From Candidatus Micrarchaeota archaeon (lineage in GTDB: Archaea; Micrarchaeota; Micrarchaeia; Burarchaeales; JAKAKT01): a stretch of 29,735 nt of DNA. The notes under the pieces are model-generated. The model was given only the letters and a program-made list of their open reading frames with translations, searched no databases and was not told the origin of the DNA. The stretch lies in the NCBI GenBank assembly GCA_026396425.1, contig JAPLWU010000068.1, forward strand, positions 1 to 29,735. The letters are read 5' to 3'. Position numbers and translations under genes: made by a program. How positions within the stretch are numbered: the first letter of the stretch is position 1; each line of letters starts with the position of its first letter. Positions 1 through 8,154 of the stretch are shown piece by piece.

Positions 1-126
1 ACGCAGGACGAGAAGGTGAAGCGCGACCTCGGAACGATGAGGGCATGCCCCAACTCGGCGTGCGGCAAGATGATAGCGGCCGGCCTCTCGACCTGCCCGC
101 ACTGCAACAGGAGCGTAGGTGCTTGA
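1..126 (+). CDS. 3' end of a gene entering from the left edge; C-terminal zinc-ribbon (CPNSAC...CPHC)
   Basis: Frame +1 is open from base 1: TQDEKVKRDLGTMRACPNSACGKMIAAGLSTCPHCNRSVGA*, stop TGA 124-126, immediately before ATG 128. Not in the ORF track because it has no start in the window. Confidence 0.75.
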   Translation, partial: TQDEKVKRDLGTMRACPNSACGKMIAAGLSTCPHCNRSVGA

Positions 127-127
127 T

Positions 128-3100
128 ATGGAACCAAAAACAATCGTGCTGCTCGTGCTGGCGGTTTCGCTTTTCGGCTGCCTTCTCGCGCCAACCGCAT
201 CCGTGCCATACCGCGTGGTTTCGAACACCTCCGGCGACGACAGGTGCCTCCAGGAGGGCGGGGCTTGCCTTTGCATGATGTGCAAAAAGGGCGGTATCGA
301 ACTGCTTTTCGGTATTAAGATTCACGAAACAAACCTCTATAAGGGAAAATGCTGGTTCGGCGGAAAAGATACCTACGACCCCGACAACCCGCTGCTGCCC
401 GATGGCGTTTGCAGCAAGGAGATGATTGACGAAATAATGGATTACGACCCCGACAACCCGTCCAGCGCGCCGTGGGACAGCGACCCGTACATACGGTATT
501 TCATGTACGGCTTCGGCCCGACTTTCGGCGACTTCGAGGCCGCGAACCAGTACTGCGCCAACAACCTCACAATCATTATGGCTATCCTCAAGAGGACCGA
601 CGGAAAGGCGCCAAACCCCCCGCCTCCAGAGGTAACCAAGTGCTACCTGACGGCAGGGGTCATCCCCGTCTACGTCTACTACACGCAGGGACTGCAGACG
701 ACGCCGATTGCCATGACCAACTTCATACGCAGAATGCAGGGAATGCCCACGACGTATGAGGACCCGGGCTTTTTGCCCGATGAAGCCGATGAACTGGGGC
801 CGGTCATTGTCACACCGGAATTCAGGTATAATGACCAGCTCCCAGCCGCAGTTGACGCGGTGAAGGGCCAGCTCGATGCCATATTCCTCGACTGCAAGAA
901 ATGCATGGTCGCCCTTGCCCCAAGAAAATACGGCACCGTGCAGGAGGACATAAAGGCGGTGGATGCGGTGCTTCTTGACAGCAACGGCCTGCTCAACGGC
1001 TACGAGAGGAAGGTCCACATAATCGGGCAGGAGATGCTCTTCAGCCCCGAGAAGGACTGCGACTTCTACAAGCAGTTCAACGATGGCCTCAACTTCTCGC
1101 TCGAAATGCTGAAGAAGTACGACAAGCCCGTGCTGTGGCTTTCGTTCGGGATAGCCGACACGGAACGCTCGGACGGGACGTGCGAGTGGACGAGGAAGGA
1201 AGTGGCCGACTATTACGAATACGTTTTCATGAACACGCCCGCGATGGTGGCCTCGGGCATAATCGGCGTTGTGCAGGCAGGAATAATGGACGATGGCAGC
1301 GCGGGCACTTCTCAATCCGTTTGCCCGAATGGCAGGTGCGAACAAGGCGAAACCAATCTTGGATGCCCGCAGGACTGCACAATCGCTACCTGCGGGAACA
1401 CGGTCTGCGACTTGGCCTTGGGAGAAACGACTTCCAACTGCCCGACCGACTGCTCGGTCCGGGTCTGCTCCGAATCAAGCAGCGAGAGCTGCGGCTACGG
1501 GCTGATGGAAACCTCGGAGGAGAAGAAGCAGCCGGTTTTCGACGCCTGGTTCAGCGCATGCCGCTTTTACTACGGCAGGAGCTCGTTCGTCGAGGAGGGG
1601 CCATTCCCATCTGACTGCGGGAATGGCAAGTGCGAGCTAGGGGAAACTTCAGCCTGTTCCGGTTGCTTTGCAACCTGCGGGAACGGCGCCTGCGATTCGG
1701 CTTCTGGAGAAACGAATTCGAACTGCCCGACCGACTGCCCGCCCCAGCTCTTCAACGTGGTTCCAGCCATATTCTCAGTTGATGCCGACCCGACGGACAA
1801 CATCCCGAACGAGGTCAACCCGAACAAGGCGTATTGCAATTACGCAATGAACCTGGGCGTCTACGGGCTCTACGACACGAGCACGCGCTCGGCAGAGCGC
1901 CAGTTGGAAGCCATTCCCAAATGCTACTACTGCGACGAGTGCCTCGGCCCGCTCACCGCCCAGCGGCTCCTTGCTTACCCGGACCTCAACAAAATCAACG
2001 ATGCCCTCCTGCCTTTCAGGCAAAACATAAACGACGAGCATCCGACCGGCCCGGGCAACCCGACCGGGATTGAGCCCGAATACTGCACGCACCTGGAGAT
2101 AACCATGGTCTCGCAGGCCGCCTCGAAGTGCAACGTCGACCCGATGATTCTCAGGGCCATGGCATGGAACAACACGTGGGAGGAGCTCATGCTCAATCCG
2201 CCAGGATACTGGGCCGAAGATGTTTTCAACTGCTACGAGAACTTCACCGCCTATTACACTACAATTGCGGATACGACTTGCAACCCTGACGACCTGACGC
2301 TGGTGACCAACCCCGCTTACCAGCCGAAAACCGAACCGGGTTATCCCACGCCAGTTTTTACCGACTTATGCATCAATCCTGCTCCTGCTTACATACCGAG
2401 CCTCCCGCCCGCGCAGGGATTGAAGCCGTGCGAGTTCGGCCTCATCTCCTCCTCATATCTCCCCTACGACCAGGTGAGCGCGCAACTCCCGTACACGAGC
2501 CAATACGCGGGGCAGGAACCCCTCCTGTGCGGGCCCGACTTCAACCCGCTCTCTGCAAGCGGGAGCATATGCCTCGCCTCCGCGCGCCTCTGCTCCTACC
2601 TCAGCGGCTATAACGCCACCCCGGAGTTCGGGGATTTCAGGGGCACGGGAGTCCGCGCTGCAGGTTATGAAAACGAGCTGACCGCGTTGAAATGGCTCTC
2701 GGACCCGGCGGCCCCTGACCCGAACGGCAGGACGCGCGCGCAGAACCTCGGCGCCCTCCTTCCCGATGGCGTCACCCTCGAACCGCAATACGCGACCGCC
2801 AAGTGGGCGCTCGCCTTTGTTTCCCTGGCCCAATACGAACTCGGAACCGACGGGCTCACCCAGCTCTACAACCGCTGGGCTTCGACGCTGGGATGCAGGG
2901 ACCCGGAAATCCTAGGGGAGATAAACGGGCTAGGCGCCGGCTCCTACTGCCGCTGGTTAAAGGGAATACAGTCGTACGATACCTTGGCTAATTGTCTGGC
3001 GGCTCCTCCGGGACTCGGGTCTTGCACGATAAATTGCTGTAATGCGTTGGGAGCACAGAACCCGTCGCTCAACCTCCAACGCTGCTGGGATAATCCGGAT

Positions 3101-3421
3101 TGCTGCACTAGTAATGCATGTAATCCCAATAATCTAGTCCCGCCCGCGGGAACCTGCTGCAGCCATGTGCTTCCTGCTCCTGCCGCTTGTAAGGTTGGCC
3201 CATTGTTCTACGACCCCCTCATCTGCCCCGGAACCGCCTGCGGAACCAACAAATGTTGCGGCAACCCCAACTTCTACGACTTCGCTTGCAACTGCAGGTC
3301 CGACCAGAACGACGACGGCCTGCCCGACCCGCCGCCCCTCGCCTGCGACGTTCTCGCCAGGTATCTTTACCTGATAGAGAACTGCAATACGCTGTGCTAC
3401 CAGTACAACCAGGGAGCGTAA
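128..3421 (+). CDS. Large Cys-rich secreted protein / putative lipoprotein (~1097 aa) with GH-A-like barrel motifs, CGNGxC...GET..NCPxDC repeats and SLT-like motifs
   Basis: ORF 119..3421, ATG at 128. N-terminal hydrophobic signal KTIVLLVLAVSLFGC ending in a lipobox-like LFGC. Four Cys-rich repeats at 1318-1460 and 1615-1740. DxNxDG-type motif DQNDDGLP near the C-terminus. Confidence 0.85.
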   Translation: MEPKTIVLLVLAVSLFGCLLAPTASVPYRVVSNTSGDDRCLQEGGACLCMMCKKGGIELLFGIKIHETNLYKGKCWFGGKDTYDPDNPLLPDGVCSKEMIDEIMDYDPDNPSSAPWDSDPYIRYFMYGFGPTFGDFEAANQYCANNLTIIMAILKRTDGKAPNPPPPEVTKCYLTAGVIPVYVYYTQGLQTTPIAMTNFIRRMQGMPTTYEDPGFLPDEADELGPVIVTPEFRYNDQLPAAVDAVKGQLDAIFLDCKKCMVALAPRKYGTVQEDIKAVDAVLLDSNGLLNGYERKVHIIGQEMLFSPEKDCDFYKQFNDGLNFSLEMLKKYDKPVLWLSFGIADTERSDGTCEWTRKEVADYYEYVFMNTPAMVASGIIGVVQAGIMDDGSAGTSQSVCPNGRCEQGETNLGCPQDCTIATCGNTVCDLALGETTSNCPTDCSVRVCSESSSESCGYGLMETSEEKKQPVFDAWFSACRFYYGRSSFVEEGPFPSDCGNGKCELGETSACSGCFATCGNGACDSASGETNSNCPTDCPPQLFNVVPAIFSVDADPTDNIPNEVNPNKAYCNYAMNLGVYGLYDTSTRSAERQLEAIPKCYYCDECLGPLTAQRLLAYPDLNKINDALLPFRQNINDEHPTGPGNPTGIEPEYCTHLEITMVSQAASKCNVDPMILRAMAWNNTWEELMLNPPGYWAEDVFNCYENFTAYYTTIADTTCNPDDLTLVTNPAYQPKTEPGYPTPVFTDLCINPAPAYIPSLPPAQGLKPCEFGLISSSYLPYDQVSAQLPYTSQYAGQEPLLCGPDFNPLSASGSICLASARLCSYLSGYNATPEFGDFRGTGVRAAGYENELTALKWLSDPAAPDPNGRTRAQNLGALLPDGVTLEPQYATAKWALAFVSLAQYELGTDGLTQLYNRWASTLGCRDPEILGEINGLGAGSYCRWLKGIQSYDTLANCLAAPPGLGSCTINCCNALGAQNPSLNLQRCWDNPDCCTSNACNPNNLVPPAGTCCSHVLPAPAACKVGPLFYDPLICPGTACGTNKCCGNPNFYDFACNCRSDQNDDGLPDPPPLACDVLARYLYLIENCNTLCYQYNQGA

Positions 3422-3501
3422 ACCTACTCTCGCCCAAAAGGAAAAAAACCAATAAAAGAAAATCAATAAAAAAAGAATGCCTCCCTTCTCTTCTTCTTTC
3501 C

Positions 3502-4110
3502 CTACTTCTCCCCTCTCTCGTAGACCGCCATCACCGAGTTATCGAGCTCATCGAGTCTCGCAGGATTGAACTTGCGGAAGAACCTGATGAGCTCCTCCCG
3601 GTTCTCCCACTCCCCGGAATCGTTCAGCCCGTCGTTGTCGAGAATCCGAATCATCTTTTCCACGATCGGATGCCTCCCCGAAACCACGTAGGGCTCGCAG
3701 ACGATGACGCGCTTCCTGGTCCCGGAAACCGCCTTCTTCATAAACTCCTCGTGCTTCGGGTTCAGATGGTGGAGAAGATCCATGGCAACGCACACATCAA
3801 ACTCGCCGTAGCGGTCAAAAGTCATGGCGTCCTGCTTTATCACGTTCCTTTTCTTGTTCCTCGCGTAGCTTATGAACTGTTCGTTGAGTTCGAGCCCCAG
3901 GTAATAATTGCCGTTAAGATGGGACTGGAGCGTCCCCGTTCCGCAGCCCACGTCAAGAACGCGGTCGCCGGGCATTACGAGCCGTCTCACGTAATCGTAG
4001 CGCCTCCCAAGGTTTCTCCAATGCATCGCATGCATGGCGGCGCGGTATATCTCCCCTCTCCAATAAATCGGCGATTGCATCCTTTCACTTTTTTTGATTC
4101 TTGTCGGCAT
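3502..4110 (-). CDS. Class I SAM-dependent methyltransferase
   Basis: Motif I VLDVGCGTG, then GLELN, QDA and DLLHH. The longer track ORF (to 4245) overlaps the tRNA, so the start is placed at ATG 4110 (alternative ATG 4080). Confidence 0.85.
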   Translation of the reverse strand: MPTRIKKSERMQSPIYWRGEIYRAAMHAMHWRNLGRRYDYVRRLVMPGDRVLDVGCGTGTLQSHLNGNYYLGLELNEQFISYARNKKRNVIKQDAMTFDRYGEFDVCVAMDLLHHLNPKHEEFMKKAVSGTRKRVIVCEPYVVSGRHPIVEKMIRILDNDGLNDSGEWENREELIRFFRKFNPARLDELDNSVMAVYERGEK

Positions 4111-4140
4111 TTGTTTATCTGTCTTTTGGAGGATGATGAG

Positions 4141-4283
4141 CGCCAGGGACGAGATTTGAACTCGCACTCCCCGCAAGGGGAACCAGATTTCTTGTCCGTT
4201 TAACGGATGCTGGAAGGTATCAGGAACCCGCAGTAGGTTCCTCATCTCAAGTCTGGCGCGTTACCGGATTCCGCCACCCTGGC
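4141..4283 (-). tRNA. tRNA-Ser(UGA) with 57-nt intron at canonical position 37/38 (intron 4189..4245)
   Basis: Acceptor GCCAGGG/CCCTGGC plus discriminator G73. Anticodon stem CCAGA/TCTGG, anticodon TGA at 4247-4249. Long variable arm TCCCC-TTGC-GGGGA, T-loop TTCAAAT. BHB central helix CTTG/CAAG with 3-nt bulges. Sits after tuf-rpsJ as in many archaea. Confidence 0.9.
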
Positions 4284-4309
4284 ACACCCTAAACTATTCG
4301 GCGAAGTGA

Positions 4310-4317
4310 TTAATAAA
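4310..4317 (-). promoter_or_regulatory. TATA box of tRNA-Ser
   Basis: TTTATTAA on the minus strand, 27-34 nt upstream of the tRNA 5' end. Confidence 0.55.
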
Positions 4318-4414
4318 ACTAACCACAAACACCAAAACCCAAAAAAAGTAAAAACCCAAAGCAAAAACTCGAGCGCAAAATCAGTCCTTAATTTTCGATA
4401 TCCTGGCCGTCCCT

Positions 4415-4720
4415 TCATTCGAGGCTTATCTCGATGTGCACGGTATCGGGCACTCTCACGCGCATAATCTGCCTGAGCGTCCTCTCGTCACCGGCGACAT
4501 CAATGATGCGCTTGAATATGCGCATCTCCCACCTCTCGTAGGTGTCGGTGCCGTCCCCGCAGGGCGTCCTCCTCGGACATATCTTGAGCCGCTTGGTGGG
4601 CAGAGGTATCGGGCCCCTCATCTCCACGCCCGTGGCCTTCGTAATCTCCCGTATCTGGTTGCACACTTCCTCGAGTTCCTTGGGGCTCTTGCCCACGAGC
4701 TTTATTCTTGCTTTGCCCAT
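4415..4720 (-). CDS. rpsJ: 30S ribosomal protein S10 (uS10)
   Basis: MGKARIKLVG...GPIPLPTKRLKI...RRTPCGDGTDTYERWEMRIFKRIID, a typical archaeal S10. Start at ATG 4720. Confidence 0.97.
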   Translation of the reverse strand: MGKARIKLVGKSPKELEEVCNQIREITKATGVEMRGPIPLPTKRLKICPRRTPCGDGTDTYERWEMRIFKRIIDVAGDERTLRQIMRVRVPDTVHIEISLE

Positions 4721-4816
4721 ACTTGCACCCTTTTCGGCTCCCATCGCAAACGGGTGGGACGCCACGATTCACAAAATGTCCAATAAAATCAAAACATAAA
4801 ATAAAAAAATCAAAAA

Positions 4817-6091
4817 CTACATCTGCTTCTTCGTGATTTCCAGAATGACGCCAGCCGCCACAGTCTGGCCCATGTCCCTCACCGCGAACCTCCCGAGCTG
4901 CGGGAATTCCGAGAACTTCTCGGCCACTATGGCTTTGAGCGGCCTTATCTTCATGATTGCCACGTCGCCCGTCTTGACAAAGTCGGGGTTCTTCTGCTGC
5001 GTCTGGCCGGTCTTGGGGTCCTTCTTCTCGAGAATCTCCTCGATCCTGCAGGCCACCTGGGTAGTGTGTATGTGGAATACCGGCGTGTAGCCCTTGGCGA
5101 TTGCGGTCGGGTGCTCGAGCACAACGACCTGAGCCGTGAAGTCCTGCACAACAGTTGGCGGGTTCGAGGCGGTCCCAACGACCTCGCCTCTCCTCACGTC
5201 CTTCTTGTCGACGCCCTTCACGTTGAAGCCGACGTTATCGCCAGGCCCTGCCTGCGTGAGGGGCTGGTGGTGCATCTCGATGCTTTTCACCTCGCCCTTC
5301 GCTCCCGATGGCATGAAGACGACGTTGTCGCCGACCTTCATAATCCCGGTTTCAATCCTTCCAACCGGCACCGTTCCGTGTCCGGTGATTGTAAAAACGT
5401 CCTGTATGGGCATCCTGAGCGGCTTGTCAATCGGCTTCGGAGGCACCTTGAACATGTCGAGCACCTCAACAAGGCACGGGCCCGTGTACCACGGGGTCTT
5501 GTCCGGTGTCTTCTTCGAGACGTTCGCGCCGTCGTATGCCGAAGTGGGCACGAAGTGTATGTCGGCGACCTTGTAGCCGATGTTCTTGAGCAGCGTCGTG
5601 AGCTGCGCCTTCAAATCGTCGTATTTCACGCGGTCGTACTTGACCTCGTCCATCTTGTTGATTGCAATGGCTATCTGCTGTATGCCGAGCACCTTCGCGA
5701 GGAAGGCGTGCTCCTTTGTCTGGGGCTGGATGCCGTCCTTGCACGACACGACGATCACTGCGGCATCGGCCTGGCTCGCCCCGGTAATCATGTTCTTGAT
5801 GAAGTCCCTGTGACCCGGCGCGTCGATGATGGTGAAGTAGTACTTCGGGCTCTGGAAGTCCCTGTGCGCAACGTCAATGGTGACCCCCCTCTCCCTCTCC
5901 TCCTTCAACTCGTCCATGACGAAGGCGAACTCGAAAGTCGGCTTGCCGACCTTTTCCGCCTCCTCCTTCAGCTTCCTGAGCTGCTGCTCGCTGATTGCCC
6001 CTGTCTCGTACAGGATTCTCCCGACCATGGTGCTCTTACCGTGGTCGACGTGACCGATGAAGACCAGATTCATATGTTCTTTTGCAGCCAT
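4817..6091 (-). CDS. tuf: Translation elongation factor aEF-1alpha
   Basis: [40 protein letters not shown]. Shine-Dalgarno GGAGGTG at 6097-6103 supports ATG 6091. Confidence 0.99.
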   Translation of the reverse strand: MAAKEHMNLVFIGHVDHGKSTMVGRILYETGAISEQQLRKLKEEAEKVGKPTFEFAFVMDELKEERERGVTIDVAHRDFQSPKYYFTIIDAPGHRDFIKNMITGASQADAAVIVVSCKDGIQPQTKEHAFLAKVLGIQQIAIAINKMDEVKYDRVKYDDLKAQLTTLLKNIGYKVADIHFVPTSAYDGANVSKKTPDKTPWYTGPCLVEVLDMFKVPPKPIDKPLRMPIQDVFTITGHGTVPVGRIETGIMKVGDNVVFMPSGAKGEVKSIEMHHQPLTQAGPGDNVGFNVKGVDKKDVRRGEVVGTASNPPTVVQDFTAQVVVLEHPTAIAKGYTPVFHIHTTQVACRIEEILEKKDPKTGQTQQKNPDFVKTGDVAIMKIRPLKAIVAEKFSEFPQLGRFAVRDMGQTVAAGVILEITKKQM

Positions 6092-6141
6092 AAGCACACC
6101 TCCACTATCGTTACCACATATGTTCAAGATGCACCCGCAGA

Positions 6142-6149
6142 ATTATAAA
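6142..6149 (-). promoter_or_regulatory. TATA box upstream of tuf
   Basis: TTTATAAT on the minus strand ~50 nt upstream of the tuf start. Confidence 0.5.
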
Positions 6150-6384
6150 CCATTCTTCCATTCGCGGAACCTTAAACAGGCACATCTATTTGCCTCAGCA
6201 TTCTTTTAAACCTATCGTCAATATGCGAGGTGGAAAAACCGAACACGAGATGAAAAAATAAAACAATTGGGAAAAATAAACTCGAGTTAAAAAAATAAAA
6301 AAAACAAAACTCGAACTTTCGTCTCGAATCGCGCGTTTTTTCGGGATTTTCGCCTCGAACTGCGCAGTTTTCTCGGTTCATAAC

Positions 6385-6660
6385 CTACCATCTTATCCCG
6401 AATTCCTTGAATTCGCCCGTCGCATTCCCCCACGTCTCCTCAATCCGTTGGACATTCGCGGCAGGCGAGCCCACCGAGCACCACATGAGGAGAGTCTGCA
6501 ATTTCTCCCTCTCGCCCTCGGCCATTATCTCCACGGTCCCCTCGGGCGCGTTCCTCACCCAGCCGACCAATCCGAGCGAGCGGGCTTTCTCCATGGCGTG
6601 CGCCCTGAAGAAAACGCCCTGAACCCGGCCATGAACAACGATGCGAAGGCGCTCTGCCAT
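6385..6660 (-). CDS. acyP: Acylphosphatase
   Basis: Signature VHGRVQGVFFR and GWVRN..EGTVE. Start at ATG 6660. Confidence 0.95.
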   Translation of the reverse strand: MAERLRIVVHGRVQGVFFRAHAMEKARSLGLVGWVRNAPEGTVEIMAEGEREKLQTLLMWCSVGSPAANVQRIEETWGNATGEFKEFGIRW

Positions 6661-6816
6661 TCCCAAACCCCGCTCGCGGACCCCTGCCCCAACCACAAAA
6701 ACGAAGGGCTCGCTCGCCGTTCGCCAACACGTGCCTCGGACCCGTGCCCGAACCCGAAAACACGAATGAGCAGTCCGCTCTGCCCTTCTGCCTCGCTAAT
6801 GATTAGGGCTTTTAAT

Positions 6817-8082
6817 TTAAACTATTTTGGTTCGGTGCGAATATTGCTTCCCCAAGCTCCACTTCGCAGGCGAGAGCCGCAGCTCCTCGTGCGTTTTCGC
6901 GTATTTGTCGAGCGGAATCCCCCTCACGGCCGCCTCGACCGCCTGAAGGAGCGCGGTTGCCCCGGCCCTCGTTCCGTTCGGATGGCCGTGCACCCCGCCG
7001 CCGGCCTGTATGACGATGTCATTTCCGAAAATTCTCACCAAATCAGGAACGTTTTCAGGCGCGAGCCCCCCGCTGCATACGGAGAAGACGGGCTTAAGCC
7101 CGGCCCACTTCCCGTTAATGGTTTTGTGAATCCCCAAAACCTCCCCTCTTCCGCCCTCCATCTTTCCCACGACCGCGCCGATGTGGAGCTGGTCGACGCC
7201 GGCCATTCGCGCAAGCTTCGCGAGCGGTAGCATGGCGATTCCGTGCCTTTTATTTCTTGCGAATGCGGCATACATGGCCCTGTGCCCGTGAATTACCATG
7301 CCCAGCTTCTGGTTGCGTATGAACTGGAGGCCCGAGAAGCCGGCCGTTATTATGTCGACCATTATGCAGTTTCCGCCGTGCGCCTTCACGAACTCGGCCC
7401 GCCCGAGCATTACCTCACTGCTCGCGGTTATGTTTGCCGCGTACATTTTTTTCTTCCCGGTCTCGCTCTCCGCCTTTTCCTTCGCCTCGAGAACCCGCGC
7501 AATCCGTTCCTCAAACTTACAAAAGGTTTGGCTCGTGAGGTTCTCATCGTCTTTGACGAAGTCGATTCCGCCGGCCCACGCGTCGTAGGCGACTTTCGCG
7601 GTCTCCTTCGGGTTGAGGCCGACCTTCGGCTTCACAATCGTCCCGATGTGCGGCCTCCTGTTTTTCGAAGTCCCCATGATTCGCCTGACTCCTTCCATCC
7701 CGAATTCCGGTCCTTTGAAGCTTCGGGCATATTTGTCAGGAATTTCGAAATCCAGCAGCCTCAGATTATCGACTCCCTTCATCCCGAATATGTTCCCCGC
7801 TATGTCGGAAAGAATCTGCGGAACGTTCCCGTCCTCGAAAAGCTCGACCGGGTAGGCGATTTTCATCACCGCCCCGCCTCCTTCCTTCCTTATGCTGAAA
7901 ACCCTTGCCGCGAGATTTCGCATCACGCGCTCCTTCATCGTCGAGATTTTCGTCCACGTTCCGACAGAACTTTCGGCGGCAATCTCGTTCGCGGCTTTCT
8001 TCAGGTCCTTCGATTCCACGTAGACGGTCGTTACGACGTCGCCATTCTTTTCCGGCTTGTAACGCAAATCAACAAAATCCAT
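6817..8082 (-). CDS. rbcL: Ribulose-1,5-bisphosphate carboxylase, archaeal form III(-like)
   Basis: AAESSVGTW, GNIFGMK, GTIVKPKVGL, DFVKDDENL (carbamylated Lys motif), HGHRAM, QLHIG..VGKMEG, SGG, QAGGGVHGHP. All canonical active-site positions are recognisable. Confidence 0.95.
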   Translation of the reverse strand: MDFVDLRYKPEKNGDVVTTVYVESKDLKKAANEIAAESSVGTWTKISTMKERVMRNLAARVFSIRKEGGGAVMKIAYPVELFEDGNVPQILSDIAGNIFGMKGVDNLRLLDFEIPDKYARSFKGPEFGMEGVRRIMGTSKNRRPHIGTIVKPKVGLNPKETAKVAYDAWAGGIDFVKDDENLTSQTFCKFEERIARVLEAKEKAESETGKKKMYAANITASSEVMLGRAEFVKAHGGNCIMVDIITAGFSGLQFIRNQKLGMVIHGHRAMYAAFARNKRHGIAMLPLAKLARMAGVDQLHIGAVVGKMEGGRGEVLGIHKTINGKWAGLKPVFSVCSGGLAPENVPDLVRIFGNDIVIQAGGGVHGHPNGTRAGATALLQAVEAAVRGIPLDKYAKTHEELRLSPAKWSLGKQYSHRTKIV

Positions 8083-8126
8083 CTAACCACCTTCGCTTAC
8101 ACCAACCAAACAATTGCCGCAATATG

Positions 8127-8134
8127 TTTATAAT
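8127..8134. promoter_or_regulatory. TATA-like box in divergent rbcL / membrane-gene spacer
   Basis: TTTATAAT within the 72-nt spacer between two divergent genes. Confidence 0.45.
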
Positions 8135-8154
8135 CTGTCGAGTGAAACTTTAAC

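Noticed and set aside
2950-3215. Diversity-generating retroelement variable region
   Set aside because: No template repeat or reverse transcriptase in the window, and the shift is toward T-ending synonymous codons rather than adenine-specific mutagenesis.
3253-4203. 316-aa plus-strand ORF and the many other long antisense ORFs (e.g. 5066..6148, 6448..7230, 7243..8133, 14126..15220, 18016..19011)
   Set aside because: They are shadow frames opposite clearly recognisable genes in GC-rich DNA and contain no motifs.
4111-4245. N-terminal extension of the methyltransferase ORF
   Set aside because: It overlaps the tRNA-Ser gene, so the real start is downstream (4110 or 4080).
4215-4245. Possible C/D-box guide RNA in the tRNA intron (AUGAGGA ... 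CUGA)
   Set aside because: Box C is mismatched, the segment between the boxes is self-paired rather than complementary to a target, and there is no second box pair.
4141-4283. Alternative call as tRNA-Leu
   Set aside because: The anticodon after the CCAGA stem is UGA, the discriminator is G, and the position after rpsJ is typical of tRNA-Ser.
6678-6766. Mini-CRISPR (28-nt repeat plus 32-nt spacer geometry)
   Set aside because: Only two copies with about five differences, no palindromic repeat and no cas genes.
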